From Macrostomum lignano (Eukaryota), in the NCBI GenBank assembly GCA_002269645.1, contig NIVC01000067.1:806001-870000 (forward strand): a stretch of 64,000 nt of DNA, read 5' to 3'. The position numbers and the translations under genes are program-made. The notes below the pieces were generated by a model. That model made no database searches, was not told the origin of the DNA, and saw nothing but the letters and a program-made list of their open reading frames with translations. Positions 11,068 to 24,321 of the stretch are shown one piece after another; the stretch's first letter is position 1; the number at the start of each line of letters is the position of its first letter.

Positions 11068-11505
11068 CCAGAAGAGGGGATGGAGAGCATAGAGGAGAGG
11101 ATGGAGAGAGCGGAGAGGAAGAGGGGATGGAGAGAGCGGAGAGGAAGAGGGGATGGAGAGAGCGGAGAGGAGGGGATGGAGAGAGCGGAGAGGAAGAGGG
11201 GATGGAGAGAGGGGGGGAAGAGGGGATGGAGAGAGGGGGAAAGAGGGGATGGAGAGAGGGGGAAAGAGGGGATGGAGAGAGGGGGAAAGAGGGGATGGAG
11301 AGAGGGGGAAAGAGGGGATGGAGAGAGGGGGGAAAGAGGGGATGGAGAGAGGGGGGAAAGAGGGGATGGAGAGAGGGGGGAAAGAGGGGATGGAGAGAGG
11401 GGGAAAGAGGGGATGGAGAGAGGGGGAAAGAGGGGATGGAGAGAGGGGGGAAAGAGGGGATGGAGAGGGGGAGAGAGGGGATGGAGAGAGCGGGAAGAGG
11501 GGATA
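11068..11505. repeat. GA-rich minisatellite (gaggggatggagagaggggg) in a LENG8 intron
   Basis: Seen directly; source of the Glu/Gly and Pro/Ser/Leu ORFs. Confidence 0.95.
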
Positions 11506-11548
11506 AGTAATATAGGACTCAAAAGCGCACAGCAACAAATTCACTCAC

Positions 11549-12093
11549 TTGAAAGACAGAGGCCATGTGTTTTGGTCGGACATGTCAATAGAATTCGAAT
11601 TAGCTTGAGTCGTCGCCGTGGTTGCCGGAGGCGGCGGCGGAGAGGAGGAGAATCTCGGCAGGCGCGGAGCTCCGCCACCGCCGCCAAAGCCGGCGCCGCG
11701 GCCGACGCGAGGCCTAGCAGGAGCGGAGAGGGCCAGAGGAGCGAAGGTGGACAGGAATTTCCCAACTGGCCCAATGCCGCCGCCAGCAGCCCCAATCGGC
11801 GGCGCCTGCCCGGCTGGAGTCCCGGTCGAAGCTGGCATCATGAGAGGGCGGACTGGGCGGGCGCGATCGGAGTTGAACTGCATTGTCACCCGGCTGGGCT
11901 GGGTTGACGGCGGCGGCGATTCCGACGGCGGCGGTGGAGGAGGCGGCGGGGGAGGCGGTGGCGGCGGCGGCGGGGGAGGCGGCGGAGGCACGTCACAAGG
12001 CGGCAGCTGGGATGGAAGGGGGCCTCCGAAACGGCCCCTGGGCTGGAGCTGGCGAGGCAGCAGTGACGACACCCCAGAATGACCTTCAGGGTG
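11549..12093 (-). CDS. LENG8: LENG8 proline-rich exon
   Basis: ctgcctttcag|CAC..NTWPLSFK AA|GTGAGT; in frame with both neighbours. Confidence 0.85.
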
Positions 12094-12144
12094 CTGAAAG
12101 GCAGAATGGAGGTCAATGCACGCCTTTTTGACAGATTAGAAAAC

Positions 12145-12775
12145 TCCCTAGTATTCTAATCTGCTATCCTAGTATCCTAATCCACAATGCTAGTATCCTA
12201 ATCCGCAATCCTAGTATTCTAATCTGCTATCCTAGTATCCTAATCCGCAATGCTAGTAGTATCCTAATCCGCAATGCTAACTAGTATCCTAATCCGCAAC
12301 CCTAGCATTCTAATCCGCAATGCTAGTATCCTAATCCGCAATCCTAGCATCCTAATCCACAATCCTAGTATCCTAATCCGCAATGCTAGTATCCTAATCC
12401 GCAATGCTAGTATCCTAATCCGCAATGCTAGTATCCTAATCCGCAATCCTAGTATCCTAATCCGCAATCCTAGTATCCTAATCCGCAATCCTAGTATCCT
12501 AATCCGCCAGATCCTAATCCACAATGCTAGTATCCTAATCCGCAATCCTAGCATCCTAATCCACAATCCTAGTATCCTAATCCGCAATGCTAGTATCCTA
12601 ATCCGCAATGCTAGTATCCTAATCCGCAATGCTAGTATCCTAATCCGCAATCCTAGTATCCTAATCCGCAATCCTAGTATCCTAATCCGCAATCCTAGTA
12701 TCCTAATCCACAATGCCAGAATCCTAATCCACAATGCTAGTATCCTAATCCACAATCCTAGTATCCCAGAATCCT
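12145..12775. repeat. 21-bp minisatellite (ctagtatcctaatccgcaatc) in a LENG8 intron
   Basis: Seen directly. Confidence 0.95.
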
Positions 12776-12957
12776 AGGATCCATAATACAAAATAATTCC
12801 TGGATCCAAACCCAGTTCACAGTTCCCTAATCCACAACATCTGGATGCTTATATGCAAAACCTCAATATCCTAATCCAAAGCTTATGATTATAATTCTCA
12901 ATCAGCTGATTAACCTTAATTCAAAACTGATGACACAACTACTCAAAAATGGATTAC

Positions 12958-13068
12958 CTGAGGTGGCAAGTATTCGCTCTTTTGCTGGGCAGGACTTGGT
13001 TTGTAATAGAGATTATTGTATTCCTGCCAATCCATTTTCTTTGCATCAATGTGTCCAGGTGTAGACAT
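12958..13068 (-). CDS. LENG8: Probable LENG8 first coding exon (MSTPGHIDAKKMDWQEYNN..YLPPQ)
   Basis: accATG context; donor CAG|GTAATC in phase 0 matches the next exon. The six exons sum to 2565 nt (854 aa plus stop). An acceptor at 13095-13094 allows further upstream exons. Confidence 0.6.
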
Positions 13069-13739
13069 GGTATTTAATTGGTCATTGATTAATCTGCAAT
13101 AAATCCATTTTATTGACCAATTATTTAAATATTTACACAAGTATATTATTTTTTTAGTTTGCCATTTTATAATATAAATTATGAAACTGTTTTGATAGTT
13201 AAAACAGACACAGCAAATGAATATTAGGACAATTCCACAAAATGCTATCTTCTTTAAATAAACTTTTTGCAACTATTGTCTATGTCACTATCTCTGTCAT
13301 TTGGCTTTAATATTCAATGATGTGCACCTATATTTAAATGAATTTTATAGCCTTCTATAGCCTCTAATAACTTTTTTGATAAATTATTTAATTGTATTTA
13401 AATATTTGATTGGAGTTTAAAAATAAGACCTAACTCATGACTATAAAAAATATTTGCTAAAAATATTAGTCTTAGAATTAGCTATATTTCTACTTGTTAC
13501 TTTGTATAGCATTTATACAATTCAATAGACAAAGTGACCAAAACTAAGATGAATTTTTCTCTCTTAGTAAAGGCAATAAGCAATTGCAGTGGACATATTG
13601 TTTTTTGTGCAGAATTTTTCAATTTTTTCCTAGGAAATTTTAGTTCTAGTTTTAAACTAGCAATCAGCGCCCCCCCCCTATTGAAGAGCCAACAAAGAAT
13701 GGAATACAAACTTTTTAATAAACTACACTTAGCTAATCC

Positions 13740-14000
13740 TTGCAATAACCTTAGCAACTCCACATGTAAGCCTTGACATCTTAGCTATTCCCTATGAGCC
13801 ATGACATCTCAGCAATGCCCCCATAAGCTTCAAATCCCAAAAAATCCAATATCAGTCTTGAAGTCTCCTCCCTAATTCCCACTATTTAGCAATTCCCCCT
13901 AACCCAAACCCTAATCCTAACCCTAACTTTAAAGCCTTGATTTCTTAGTAATTCTACCCATATAAACCTTGACATTTTAATAATTCTAGAATTACAGCAA
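13740..14000. repeat. Old degenerate repeat (ccttgacatcttagcaattccc-like) with a few CCCTAA hexamers near 13897-13925
   Basis: Recurring degenerate motif seen directly. Confidence 0.55.
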
Positions 14001-14995
14001 TTCCCTTAGACCCTTGAAATGGTAGCAATTCCAAAAAATAATTTTTATTTGACATGATACTTCTTTTATGTCTGACAGTCTTAATTTATGTTTTACATGA
14101 CTTATCTTTAAAACATTTTCAATGTCTATATGACACTTCTTTTATTTTTTATATGATACTTCTTATAAATACACCCATTAGAGAGCCAACAAATAATGTA
14201 ATATTTTTGAGTAAACTATATGTAGCTTCTAACCTAAGCAATTATTCCTAGAAATTACCCCCTTAAACCTAGAAATTTCAGCAATTCTCCCTAAGACTAC
14301 ATGATACTTTTTGACATGTTTAACATGACTATTTTTTATAACACTTCTTTTTTAGATTATGCTTCTTTTATCTTTAATATGACATTACTTATTGGTCTAT
14401 ATGACGCTTTTTATATGCTTTAAAAAATACTTCTTTAATTTCTTCTTTCTTTTTCTTTAAAAATTATTTAACTTTTGCAAAAAAAGCATGTTTTTGAATA
14501 TTTAATCCTTTTAGCATTGAGCAATTTCTTAGCCAAGACATGTGTTGTCATGGCAAAATTTCTAATTAAATGGTACAACATTGAAGAAAATTGGTTAAGC
14601 TGTTTTTTTTAAATTTATCACATATCTACCAACAAAACATTTTTAGTATATAGACTAAATTTATATGAAAAATCAAAGTATTAAAAAGGTACAAAGCTAG
14701 GCCTAATAAGGAATAATAAATAAAAATTTGCATTCTAAAAAACTATATTATAAAATACAAGCTGTTGAAACCCGCGGATTTTGAACCCAGGAAATTCTAA
14801 TCACGAACTATTTTTCCATGTATTCTGAAATCTGAGGCCATACTCAAACAAAAACTTGTTAATAGTTAGTAGGATAGAGGTAGACATAAAATGGAGTACA
14901 TTTGTGTAAAATTAGAATTTGAGGCAAACATTGATCTTGTTGGCTAGGGTGCTTTTTACTTTAAATAGGCAGTTAATGTTTGCCTGACTCTAAAA

Positions 14996-15917
14996 GATGT
15001 ATTGGCAAACTCTGGCCTCCACCTCTGACTCTCCCTATGTCCCTTGGATCCTTTGAAAGTTTTATCTTCTCTTCTGTTTCCTCTCTTCTCTCTCATCTCT
15101 CCTCTCTGCTCTTTCTCCTCTCCTCTTTTCTCTTTTTCTTCTTTCCTCTCTCCCCCCTCTTCTCTAGTATCTTCCCTCATTTCTCTTCTTTTTCATCTGT
15201 CTTATCTCATCTCTTTTTCTCTTCTTTCTCTTTCCTCTCTTCCCACTCTTCTCTCGTCTTTTCCTTCACCTCTCTTCTCTCTTGTCTTTATTTGCTCTCT
15301 GATCTCTCCTTTCTCTTCTCTCTATTCTCTTTTATCTCTTTTCATTTCTCTCTGCTTCCCCCCTCTCTCTCTGCTTCCCCCCTCTCTTTTATCTCTCCTC
15401 TCCTATCTTTCTTCTCCTCTCTACTCTCTTCCCTCCATTCTCCTCTTTTCTCTCATCTCACCTCACTCACTTCTCTCTCCCTTTGTCTCTCCTCTCATCT
15501 CTGTAACCTCTTCTCTCTTATCTCTCCTCTGTTCTCTCTACTCTCCCATCTCTTGTCTGTTCATTTTCGTCTCTGCTCTCAGCTCATCCCCCCTCTCTTT
15601 ACTAACTCCTCTCTGCTCTCCTCTTATCTGCAGCTCTCTGCTCTCTCCTCTTTACTCTCCTCTCCACTCTCTCCTCTACTCTCTCCTCTCTACTGGCTCC
15701 TCTACTCTCTCCTCTCTACTTGCTCCTCTTTACTCTTTCCTCTCATCATCCTTGCTCCCTCATCTCGCCTATTATCTTTTATCTTTTCTCTTATTCCCTC
15801 TCTCATGTCTCCTCTCTTTTTGAATAGTCTATTCCTTCTTCTCTCCATTCTCAACTGCCCCTCAGCCATAAGCTGGATTATTTTCTAGCCTTTGAGGTAA
15901 AAGTCTGCCCATTCCTG
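14996..15917 (+). mobile_element. Degenerate hAT/Charlie-like MITE filled with ~800 bp of CT-rich low-complexity DNA
   Basis: The right end gcctttgaggtaaaagtctgcccattcctg and left ggcaaactctggcc resemble the ends of the cleaner copy at 43101-43743. The putative TSD matches at only 5 of 8 positions. Confidence 0.55.
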
Positions 15918-18900
15918 CTTGGAAAGCCAGTTTGTGGGATGTAGTACTCTCATGGCTGTTCTGTCATGTCATCTTTCTTGCCAATTTGCAAGCCCTAAAA
16001 AGAATTTGTGTATTTTTAGCTCTACTGTAGTCTACATCAGTCTAACAACCAAGGAAATATGCATTTCTTAGGAGGCCATTTAAATTTTAAAGTATCTTTA
16101 AGAGAAACCTTAAATTTCCATGGTGTGACTAATTTAGTAGGGTTGTATTGCATTGCATTGCCTTTTCATTCATCTTTTGCTTTTATAAATCATGCTGAAT
16201 TACCTTGATTTGCCATCCACTGTTAAACTGCTATAGAGTTTGCCTATATAGAGGACAGTGATTAGAATTTCTCACTAAACTGTTATGGATGGCTAAATGT
16301 AGCCTCTCCATGGGGGTGCAGAGAAGGCCATAAACAAAGCTATTCCAAAACACTGTACATTGCCATGTACATTCAGCCTTATCACCTGACCCTTGGTCTG
16401 GCACTGGGCAGTCTAAGGGAATGAGTAACTAAGTGAGTGGCACAAAAAACAGAAAACGCAGACAAACTTCACATGCTTACAGTTTCTGTTCTGATTGGGT
16501 TACAGAGTTGAAATTTTACATTTTGCAAAGAATGAGTCAATGAAGAATTGTGTCAAGTTTGATGGCAATTGCTTTATGTGAAGCAAACTTATAGCAGCTG
16601 AAAGTTAGTCAACTTTGAAACCCCTTTTACACATCTGGGACTAGATCGGGATTGGGAAAGAGAGGCAGGCAGGCGGAGGTTGGGGTGGTTGCTGCACTGA
16701 AAAAAACAGCCTAACTTTAAAAGTGTACAGCATTGCGCAGGATTAACTTTGAGACTCGAAATTTTATATGAATGTGCCAAAATAGTTGAAGATTGTCTGT
16801 GTTAAATTTGAAGAGAATTGGTAGAAGTGGAGTGGCACTATGGAGGATCTAGTAATAAATCACACATTTTGAGCAGTTTTTTGTACTTTTAGGTAGGAAG
16901 ACTTGAGTCCAGGAAATGTTAAGGTAGCCTAAGACATTCTCCGTAGTAAGTTTAAGGTAGGTGTAAAGTTTGATGTAATTTGGTTGAGCAGTTTGGGAGT
17001 CTAAGAGCAAACAAAGTTTGGGAGCAAACAAAATTGTCCATAGACAGACATACACATACATACACACACACAGTTTTGATTTTTATATATAGAGATAAAG
17101 TGCATATACAATAGATGCCAGTTTATAGACACAAATTTATACAAATAGCAAAAGTTATATATGTGTTACAATTTAGTGTGGTTTTTGGGTAAATAGCAAG
17201 ATAAGAGTAACTATGACTATCTTATTAGGGCTAAATGCCTCATCTAATTAATATTACTACTAAACCTATATTAGGCCTCCATGGTCAGGATCATAGCACA
17301 TCTATGCCAGAACAAATCTTATCAAAAAAGTTTGCTTGCACTATGCCCTGGAACTATTTTTATTAAAAAAGTTTGCTTGCACTATATAGTACAACTTTTT
17401 GAAGAAAAAAAAAATCAATATTTTTCCATTCAAAAAATACTGGTAAAACTTGTATTTGAATCTATTTCATAGAAAATGCAATGCTAATATAAATTGATTT
17501 AAAAAGCCATCATTACATTGGCAATTTGCCATAAACAAAAAGTGCTTATAAAAGAAATTACATATTAATTTTCTGTTTTCTGACAATTTTCTGACAATTA
17601 ACATTGTCTTGTTGGAAACTTTTGTTTTGCACCAAATTGTGCTAATTTTTTCTTTGGCGCCACACTGTGTCAGATTTTTTTGCCTAGGCCCTACTATTGC
17701 TGTGTTGCATTGGAATATGCTAGTGTGGCGCATATCTATTCTCCTTTTGCACCAGAATTTTCCATGAAAAGGCCATCTTCTTGACTATGGCTAGGCATAG
17801 GCCTACATGTGTTTTAGGTTACATTGCGTTTTTGAGCTATAATCAATTTTAGACTCTATATTGCATATCAATAGGTTTTTTATACTTGAGCCTATTTTAA
17901 TAGGGAATCAAATTAGCATGATCAAAGTTGACAATGTTCTATTGGCATTATAAAAATTAATGAAATTAAAAACATTGAAGAAAAATACATACTGGTAAAA
18001 CATTGAAGCCTAGGCCTAACATTAATTTGGAAGAGTTGAAAATACAGCCTAGCTTGCTTAGACCTATTATAGCATATTATTAGTATTATAGCATAGAGGC
18101 TTATATTTACTATCATAGAACAGGCAGTGAAACATAGGCCAAGTTATTAAATTTTTAGACTTCTAGGCCTATGGGCATGGCCTTGAGGTAGACTGTTATG
18201 CTATGCTATGCTCTGTTTAGGCCTGTAGGCTGTAGCAAAGGGATTTAGTAGGCCTATTGTTTGGCTCAGACAACATAGTAGTCCCTAGGCCTAGTGAATT
18301 AAAAATAGTATTCAAGCCTTAGTGCATACTAAACTTAGGAGAATCTTGTCTATTAGTCTAACAACTCTGACTTGCAACCTTGCTGTATCACCTGTGTGTT
18401 AATGAGCGTTGATGCAAAAATTGGAGCAAAGACAGTTGTCTCGTTAGTCCCGTATCTGGCAATCCTAAAGATTCCCGCGTTTAATTATTTTACAGAAATA
18501 TTTCACCCTCTATTGGGGGTGGGGGTTATAATTAAATGCAGGAATCTTCAGGATAGCCCCATATCCAACTTCAGCCAAAGTTCAACAAAATGGAAACTTA
18601 AAAAATCATGAATTAGGCCTACCGCCTAGCCCTAGCTAGGCCTGAACGGCTGAACCGACTTCAGATATACTAAAAATGAAAACTTAATTAACTAAATCTG
18701 AATTAAGACTTACAAAGTAAAACGCGGCTGCTTGCTTTGTAGTAGTCGTCTATCGTCTAAAATCTAAAATTTTGTAACTTCAAAGCTAGTAATACTATGC
18801 TATTATCTGAGTAGGCCTAGGCCTGGTAAGTCAAACGTTATCTAATCTAATAACTTTATCTAATTATCGAATTATCTAACGACTAACTAAACTAAACCTA

Positions 18901-20712
18901 TTTGTATTAAGTTGCAGAATTTAATATATTGCTGCTCGGCATGCACTTAAATATGTGCTGAAAATAGCACATTAAAACAAACTAAAAAACCTTTAATTAA
19001 ATTTATTTCCAAAGTATGATTATTAAGTTTAAAATTACTAAATTTGCTTTGATATAATACGTTATTAGGCTTAAAAACTAAATTTCAGCCATCGTGTTGT
19101 TAATAGCCGCTCATGTTGCGCTCGATTAGGAGCGCTGCTTTTTGTCTTAAACTTATTCTGAAACCGGGATAACTGCGGTTTTGAGAATTATAAATTATAA
19201 AATTTACACTACAATTTAGTTTTGCCACAACTTTTGTGCGTACAAATGTCCGTGCACGGATACAAATGGTCCTCTTATATTATTGGTTAATTAGAAACAG
19301 AATACACCAATAATGCTCAATCGACCCTTCTGCATAAAAAACCCCGTAGCAAAAATTAATTCATGACATGCTACTCGTGGGACCAATTTCATGAAACACT
19401 AGCTGCTAACTGCTATTAGCAGAATTGCTAGCCGGCGTTTGGTTTCTTTAGTAGTCGATCGCACTCTAAAAAATATTTTTACCATGCAGTCTGCTAGCTT
19501 TTGGCTACACGAGCTTAGCAGTCGGATGAGAGGGTTTCCTGAGCGATGTCTATATAGTCAAAAGGCTTGGTTTTTAGTGGAATATAACTGCTAGTTCGCG
19601 ATTTCATGAGCGTAGAGTTCTGCTATGTAAAGGGACACAACTTTAACTGCATGGTAAAGTTTAGCATCCTCGAGAGGCGGCTAAAATATAATAATGGAGA
19701 TTCCATTATTCGACGCGCTTCAATTAGCTGATAACCCGGTCGATAATCGTCGGTCGAGAAAGTCCAAAGATCACGTGAATTACGACGCCGGTGATGATGA
19801 CTTCAAGTAGCACTTCCGAATGAATGCAGAAAAGTTTAATTAATTTTCTAGTGGATCGTATATTGTCCCGCGCAGTTGGAATACGCGACGAGAAGTGGAA
19901 GCCGAATGTTTTTCCACAGCGTGTCAGCTCGCAAGTACTCAACAGACTTGCTCAGTTCATTGGACAACTTCAAAACAGTATTCGCGAGCTCCATTATGTA
20001 GGGACAGAAAAAGTTTCTTCTGTTCAATGGACGTCATTTAAATTCAAAGTCACGAAAAGCCGCTTGATCATATACACCACATTAAAGCCTTCTCGCCTTG
20101 AGAGAGGCCATTTTCCTGCCGCATATAGACGTTTTTCTATGGCAAACCCCTATATAGTTAGCAGGTCAGACATGAAACCAAAGCTTCCCAACTGTAAGTT
20201 GGCTGCTAAACCGACAGCGTGAAAGTGCTTCATGTACGTAATTGGTCCCTGGGGTGAAGCGATCCGTGAGTAGTGCTCAAGTGCATTTCCATAGACGTCC
20301 AAATATTTTAGTTCAAAATTTTTAGTATATGGAAACCACAGATACTAACACCCTAAATATGGTTCACTCTACTACATATATTTTGAAAACTACTAAGCTG
20401 TTCGGTAGTATGATCGTAAAAAGCAAACATTTATTTATTCAGTTCGCTGTGTCTATACATGCATAGGACTACATGGGCTAAAGCACAAATAGTTGACGTT
20501 GTCTGCATAATCGTAAGTCAAACTTTTCATGCTACTGGTATGCTTAGTGACGATTATTTTGATAATTTGATTCATTTAGCCAGCATTCAAATATATGGCT
20601 TTTTATTTCGACTTTAGATAAGCAAGCTGATTCATGATTACGGTAGGTGTACGAGAGTATATTCTGTGGCTAAAAATGTAGTTACTGTACTCGAACAGCA
20701 ATTAAAAAATAC

Positions 20713-21001
20713 CAGTGGCGTAGCCAGGGGGGGTGGGGTTGGGCGCGGCGGGTAGTTACTAAAAACCATGAGGCAATTGAGTGCCTGCGGCGCCAAAATG
20801 AGTGCCTTCGGCGCCAAAATGAGTGCCTGCGGCGCCAAAATGAGTGCCTGCGGCGCCAAAATGAGTGCCTGCGGCGCCAAAATGAGTGCCTGCGGCGCCA
20901 AAATGAGTGCCTGCGGCGCCAAAAGTGGCAATGGCATAAGGCATGGCCAGCCAGGCCAACAACCTGCCCCCTCCCAATTAAAATTCCTGGCTACGCCACT
21001 G
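20713..21001. mobile_element. hAT-type MITE, 289 bp, containing 7 copies of a 21-bp repeat
   Basis: Perfect 16-bp TIR CAGTGGCGTAGCCAGG; perfect 8-bp TSD AAAAATAC (20705-20712 and 21002-21009); internal unit gagtgcctgcggcgccaaaat. Confidence 0.92.
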
Positions 21002-21654
21002 AAAAATACGCGCATATAACACAACATAACATGCACTAAAATTCTAAAGTCTTTCGAATGTAACCAATACTTATACGTGCACTTTGTAGGTTCATGTATG
21101 CATGGACGTTCGTTGTTTGTGAAGAATGGGTTTACCTTGCAGTTTTTTTTACGTCAGCTGAAAAATCTGGAATCAGCAGGAAATTTCTATAGAGATAATT
21201 ATGTGAAAGGTAATTAGTTTTAAATTAGACCTACTCTCTTTGAAGTAATTTTCTTTGAGTTCCGTAACGTCTAATACAAGTATATGTGCATGAATTCCCG
21301 GAGACCGGGTAAGAGCAAAATTGCTGTAATATCCGCACAAAGGCGCAAGGGCGATAACTACATGCTGCTACAGATGAGCAATTAGTGAGATTGCATAACT
21401 ACTATCGAGCATCAATTATAGCTAAATGATATTTTATAATGCTCAAGATTTAAAAAAAAAGTTTACCAGTGTGCTATATCATAAAGTAGTTCTTATATAA
21501 AGTAGCTTTCCAAAGGATTTTTGAAATCCTACAGCCAATGCATTTCAATGTAAATCAATGTGTAAATAATAGAGTGATCTAATTTACTCTTTATTGGTTT
21601 CCCTGCTAGTGCTAGTATACCGATCCCAGCTGCCTGCAGACGCACAGACGCCCT

Positions 21655-22205
21655 TCCTGATAACACATTGCCTGCTGACCCATTGCCTGCTGACACATTG
21701 CCTTACTGACATTCCCTAGCTGCTGACACATTTCCTGCTAGCACATTGCCTGCTGACCCATTGCCTTACTGACATTCCCTAGCTGCTGACACATTGCCTG
21801 CTGGCACATTGCCTGCTGACCCATTGCCTTACTGACATTCCTTAGCTGCTGACACATTGCCAGCTGACACATTGCCTGCTGACACATTGCCTTGCTGACA
21901 TGCCCTGCACATGCCCAAGAGACACGGATCCTCTACTGACACATTGCCTTGCTGACATTCCCTAGCTGCTGACACATTGCCTGCTGACACATTGCCTCGC
22001 TGACACATTGCCTTGCTGACACATTGCCTTGCTGACATTCCCTAGCTGCTGACACATTGCCTTGCTGACACATTGCCTTGCTGACACATTGCCTTGCTGA
22101 CACATTGCCTTGCTGACACATTGCCTTGCTGACACATTGCCTTGCTGACACATTGCCTTGCTGACACATTGCCTTGCTGACACATTGCCTTTCTGACATG
22201 CCCTG
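21655..22205. repeat. 16-bp-core minisatellite (gctgacacattgcctt) with a duplicated unique block
   Basis: Seen directly; the block catgccctgcacatgcc.aagagac..gatcctctactg occurs at about 21899 and 22197. Confidence 0.9.
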
Positions 22206-22236
22206 CACATGCCTAAGAGACGCAGATCCTCTACTG

Positions 22237-22331
22237 GGGTGGGTTTCACAAACGCGAAACTTCACAACCGCTAAAACTTTTGCACTTACTTTCATATACG
22301 GAAGTCTTTTTAGCGGTTGTGAAAGCCACCC
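22237..22331. mobile_element. 95-bp MITE with 8-bp TSD, superfamily unassigned
   Basis: TIR GGGTGG(G/C)TTTCACAA (14/15) plus inner IR ttcacaaccgctaaaa; TSD CTCTACTG at 22229-22236 and 22332-22339. Confidence 0.88.
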
Positions 22332-23164
22332 CTCTACTGACACACAGATGCCCCTGCAGCTGACAGAAATGCAGCGAAACACGGTAAATTTTCTTAGTCT
22401 TGAGTGAGGTGAGCTTGTAAAATGAAAATTTTAATTTGCTCTAGAGCAGACTGCCAAAAATATACTTTTCACAGATTTTTCATTTCCTCTTCTTGTTTTA
22501 ATATTTAGCAAAAACAATCATTGTCAGAGCCCCGACCAAATATTAAAATAAAAAAAGATTGCATTCAGCTTTTTTTGTCGAGGTTAAGACACGAGCTGGC
22601 GTGCTCATTGCAGTCAGCTCCCTCCGGTGAGGAGGAAAACAACAATTAGCTAATTGAACTTACAGACACAGTGCTGCAGTGATGACAGGCATAGCCATTA
22701 CTCTTAATGCATTGGGGATATTTTTTCAGCAATTATTTGTGGGTAATCATTAAGTTACAGCTGTTTGCTGACTCGCCTCTCAGGCGGCCCTTTTACACTT
22801 TAAACAATGATGGGTTTCCGGATGATCACTAATGGGTTGCATACAAAGCGTATGCAGAATGCAGGTGGAATCAATGAAGCAGACTAACTTGCAAGGTGAA
22901 GCTGATAACAGCGCGCTCAGGGGACCTGGGGGAGGGGGGGGTAATTATAAAGATGATGCTCAGAAATTCGTCAACAAGATATTTTAGTGAAATCATTTCA
23001 ACACAGAACGACGTCTCCGATTATAAATACGAAACATGTAAATAGTGCAGAAGTTTATCGATGTGCCTATTTAAAGTTCTACAAAAAACTTTTAAATATA
23101 ATTTTTGCTCATTTTAAAGTCATAAAATTTATGCTAGTCTAGCGTAACTATCCTACAGCATGCA

Positions 23165-24172
23165 ATTTGTGTAGATACACCTGTCCTCACCTGTGTAGAT
23201 ACCCTTGTCCTCACCTGTGTAGATACCCTTGTCCTCACCTGTGTAGATACGCTTGTTCTCATCTGTGTAGATACCCTTGTCCTCACCTGTGTAGATACCC
23301 TTGTCCTCACCTGTGTAGATACCCTTGTCCTCACCTGTGTAGATACCCTTGTCCTCACCTGTGTAGATACCCTTGTCCTCACCTGTGTAGATACCCTTGT
23401 CCTCACCTGTGTAGATACACCTGTCCTCACCTGTGTAGATACCCTTGTCCTCACCTGTGTAGATACCCTTGTCCTCACCTGTGTAGATACCCTTGTCCTC
23501 ACCTGTGTAGATACCCTTGTCCTCACCTGTGTAGATACCCTTGTCCTCACCTGTGTAGATACCCTTGTCCTCACCTGTGTAGATACCCTTGTCCTCACCT
23601 GTGTAGATACCCTTGTCCTCACCTGTGTAGATACACCTGTCCTCACCTGTGTAGATACCCTTGTCCTCACCTGTGTAGATACCCTTGTCCTCATCTGTGT
23701 AGATACCCTTGTCCTCACCTGTGTAGATACCCTTGTCCTCACCTGTGTAGATACCCTTGTCCTCACCTGTGTAGATACCCTTGTCCTCACCTGTGTAGAT
23801 ACCCTTGTCCTCATCTGTGTAGATACCCTTGTCCTCACCTGTGTAGATACCCTTGTCCTCACCTGTGTCGATACCCTTGTCCTCACCTGTGTAGATACCC
23901 TTGTCCTCATCTGTGTAGATACCCTTGTCCTCACCTGTGTAGATACCCTTGTCCTCACCTGTGTCGATACCCTTGTTCTCCTCACCTGTCTACCCTTGTT
24001 CTCCTCACCTGTCTACCCTTGTTCTCCTCACCTGTCTACCCTTGTTCTCCTCACCTGTCTACTATTGTTCTCCTCACCTGTCTACCCTTGTTCTCCTCAC
24101 CTGTCTACCCTTGTTCTCCTCACCTGTCTATCCTTGTTCTCCTCACCTGTCTACCTTTGTTCTCCTCACGTG
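23165..24172. repeat. 24-bp minisatellite (cctcacctgtgtagatacccttgt) switching to a 23-bp variant near 23975
   Basis: Seen directly; source of the CRYPCPHL and VRTRVSTQ ORFs. Confidence 0.97.
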
Positions 24173-24321
24173 TCACCTGAGCTCATAAATTTCACCGACT
24201 CAAACTCAACCCACTCAACTTTAGATTCCACCTTCAAGCCTAATTAAAAGTTTAAGGAGCCATATAATCAGAAGATTTATAGTCTTCTATTTATAGTAAT
24301 TACACACATCTCTTCGACTGC

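Noticed and set aside
19155-19185. ggataactgcgg resembling 18S rRNA
   Set aside because: Only about 12 nt match; the flanks are unrelated.
19640-19670. ctgcatg|gtaaag as a possible SL RNA gene
   Set aside because: The upstream sequence does not resemble a flatworm leader and no Sm site was identified.
23134-24247. CRYPCPHL and VRTRVSTQ repeat proteins
   Set aside because: Products of a 24-bp minisatellite; no start or splice context.
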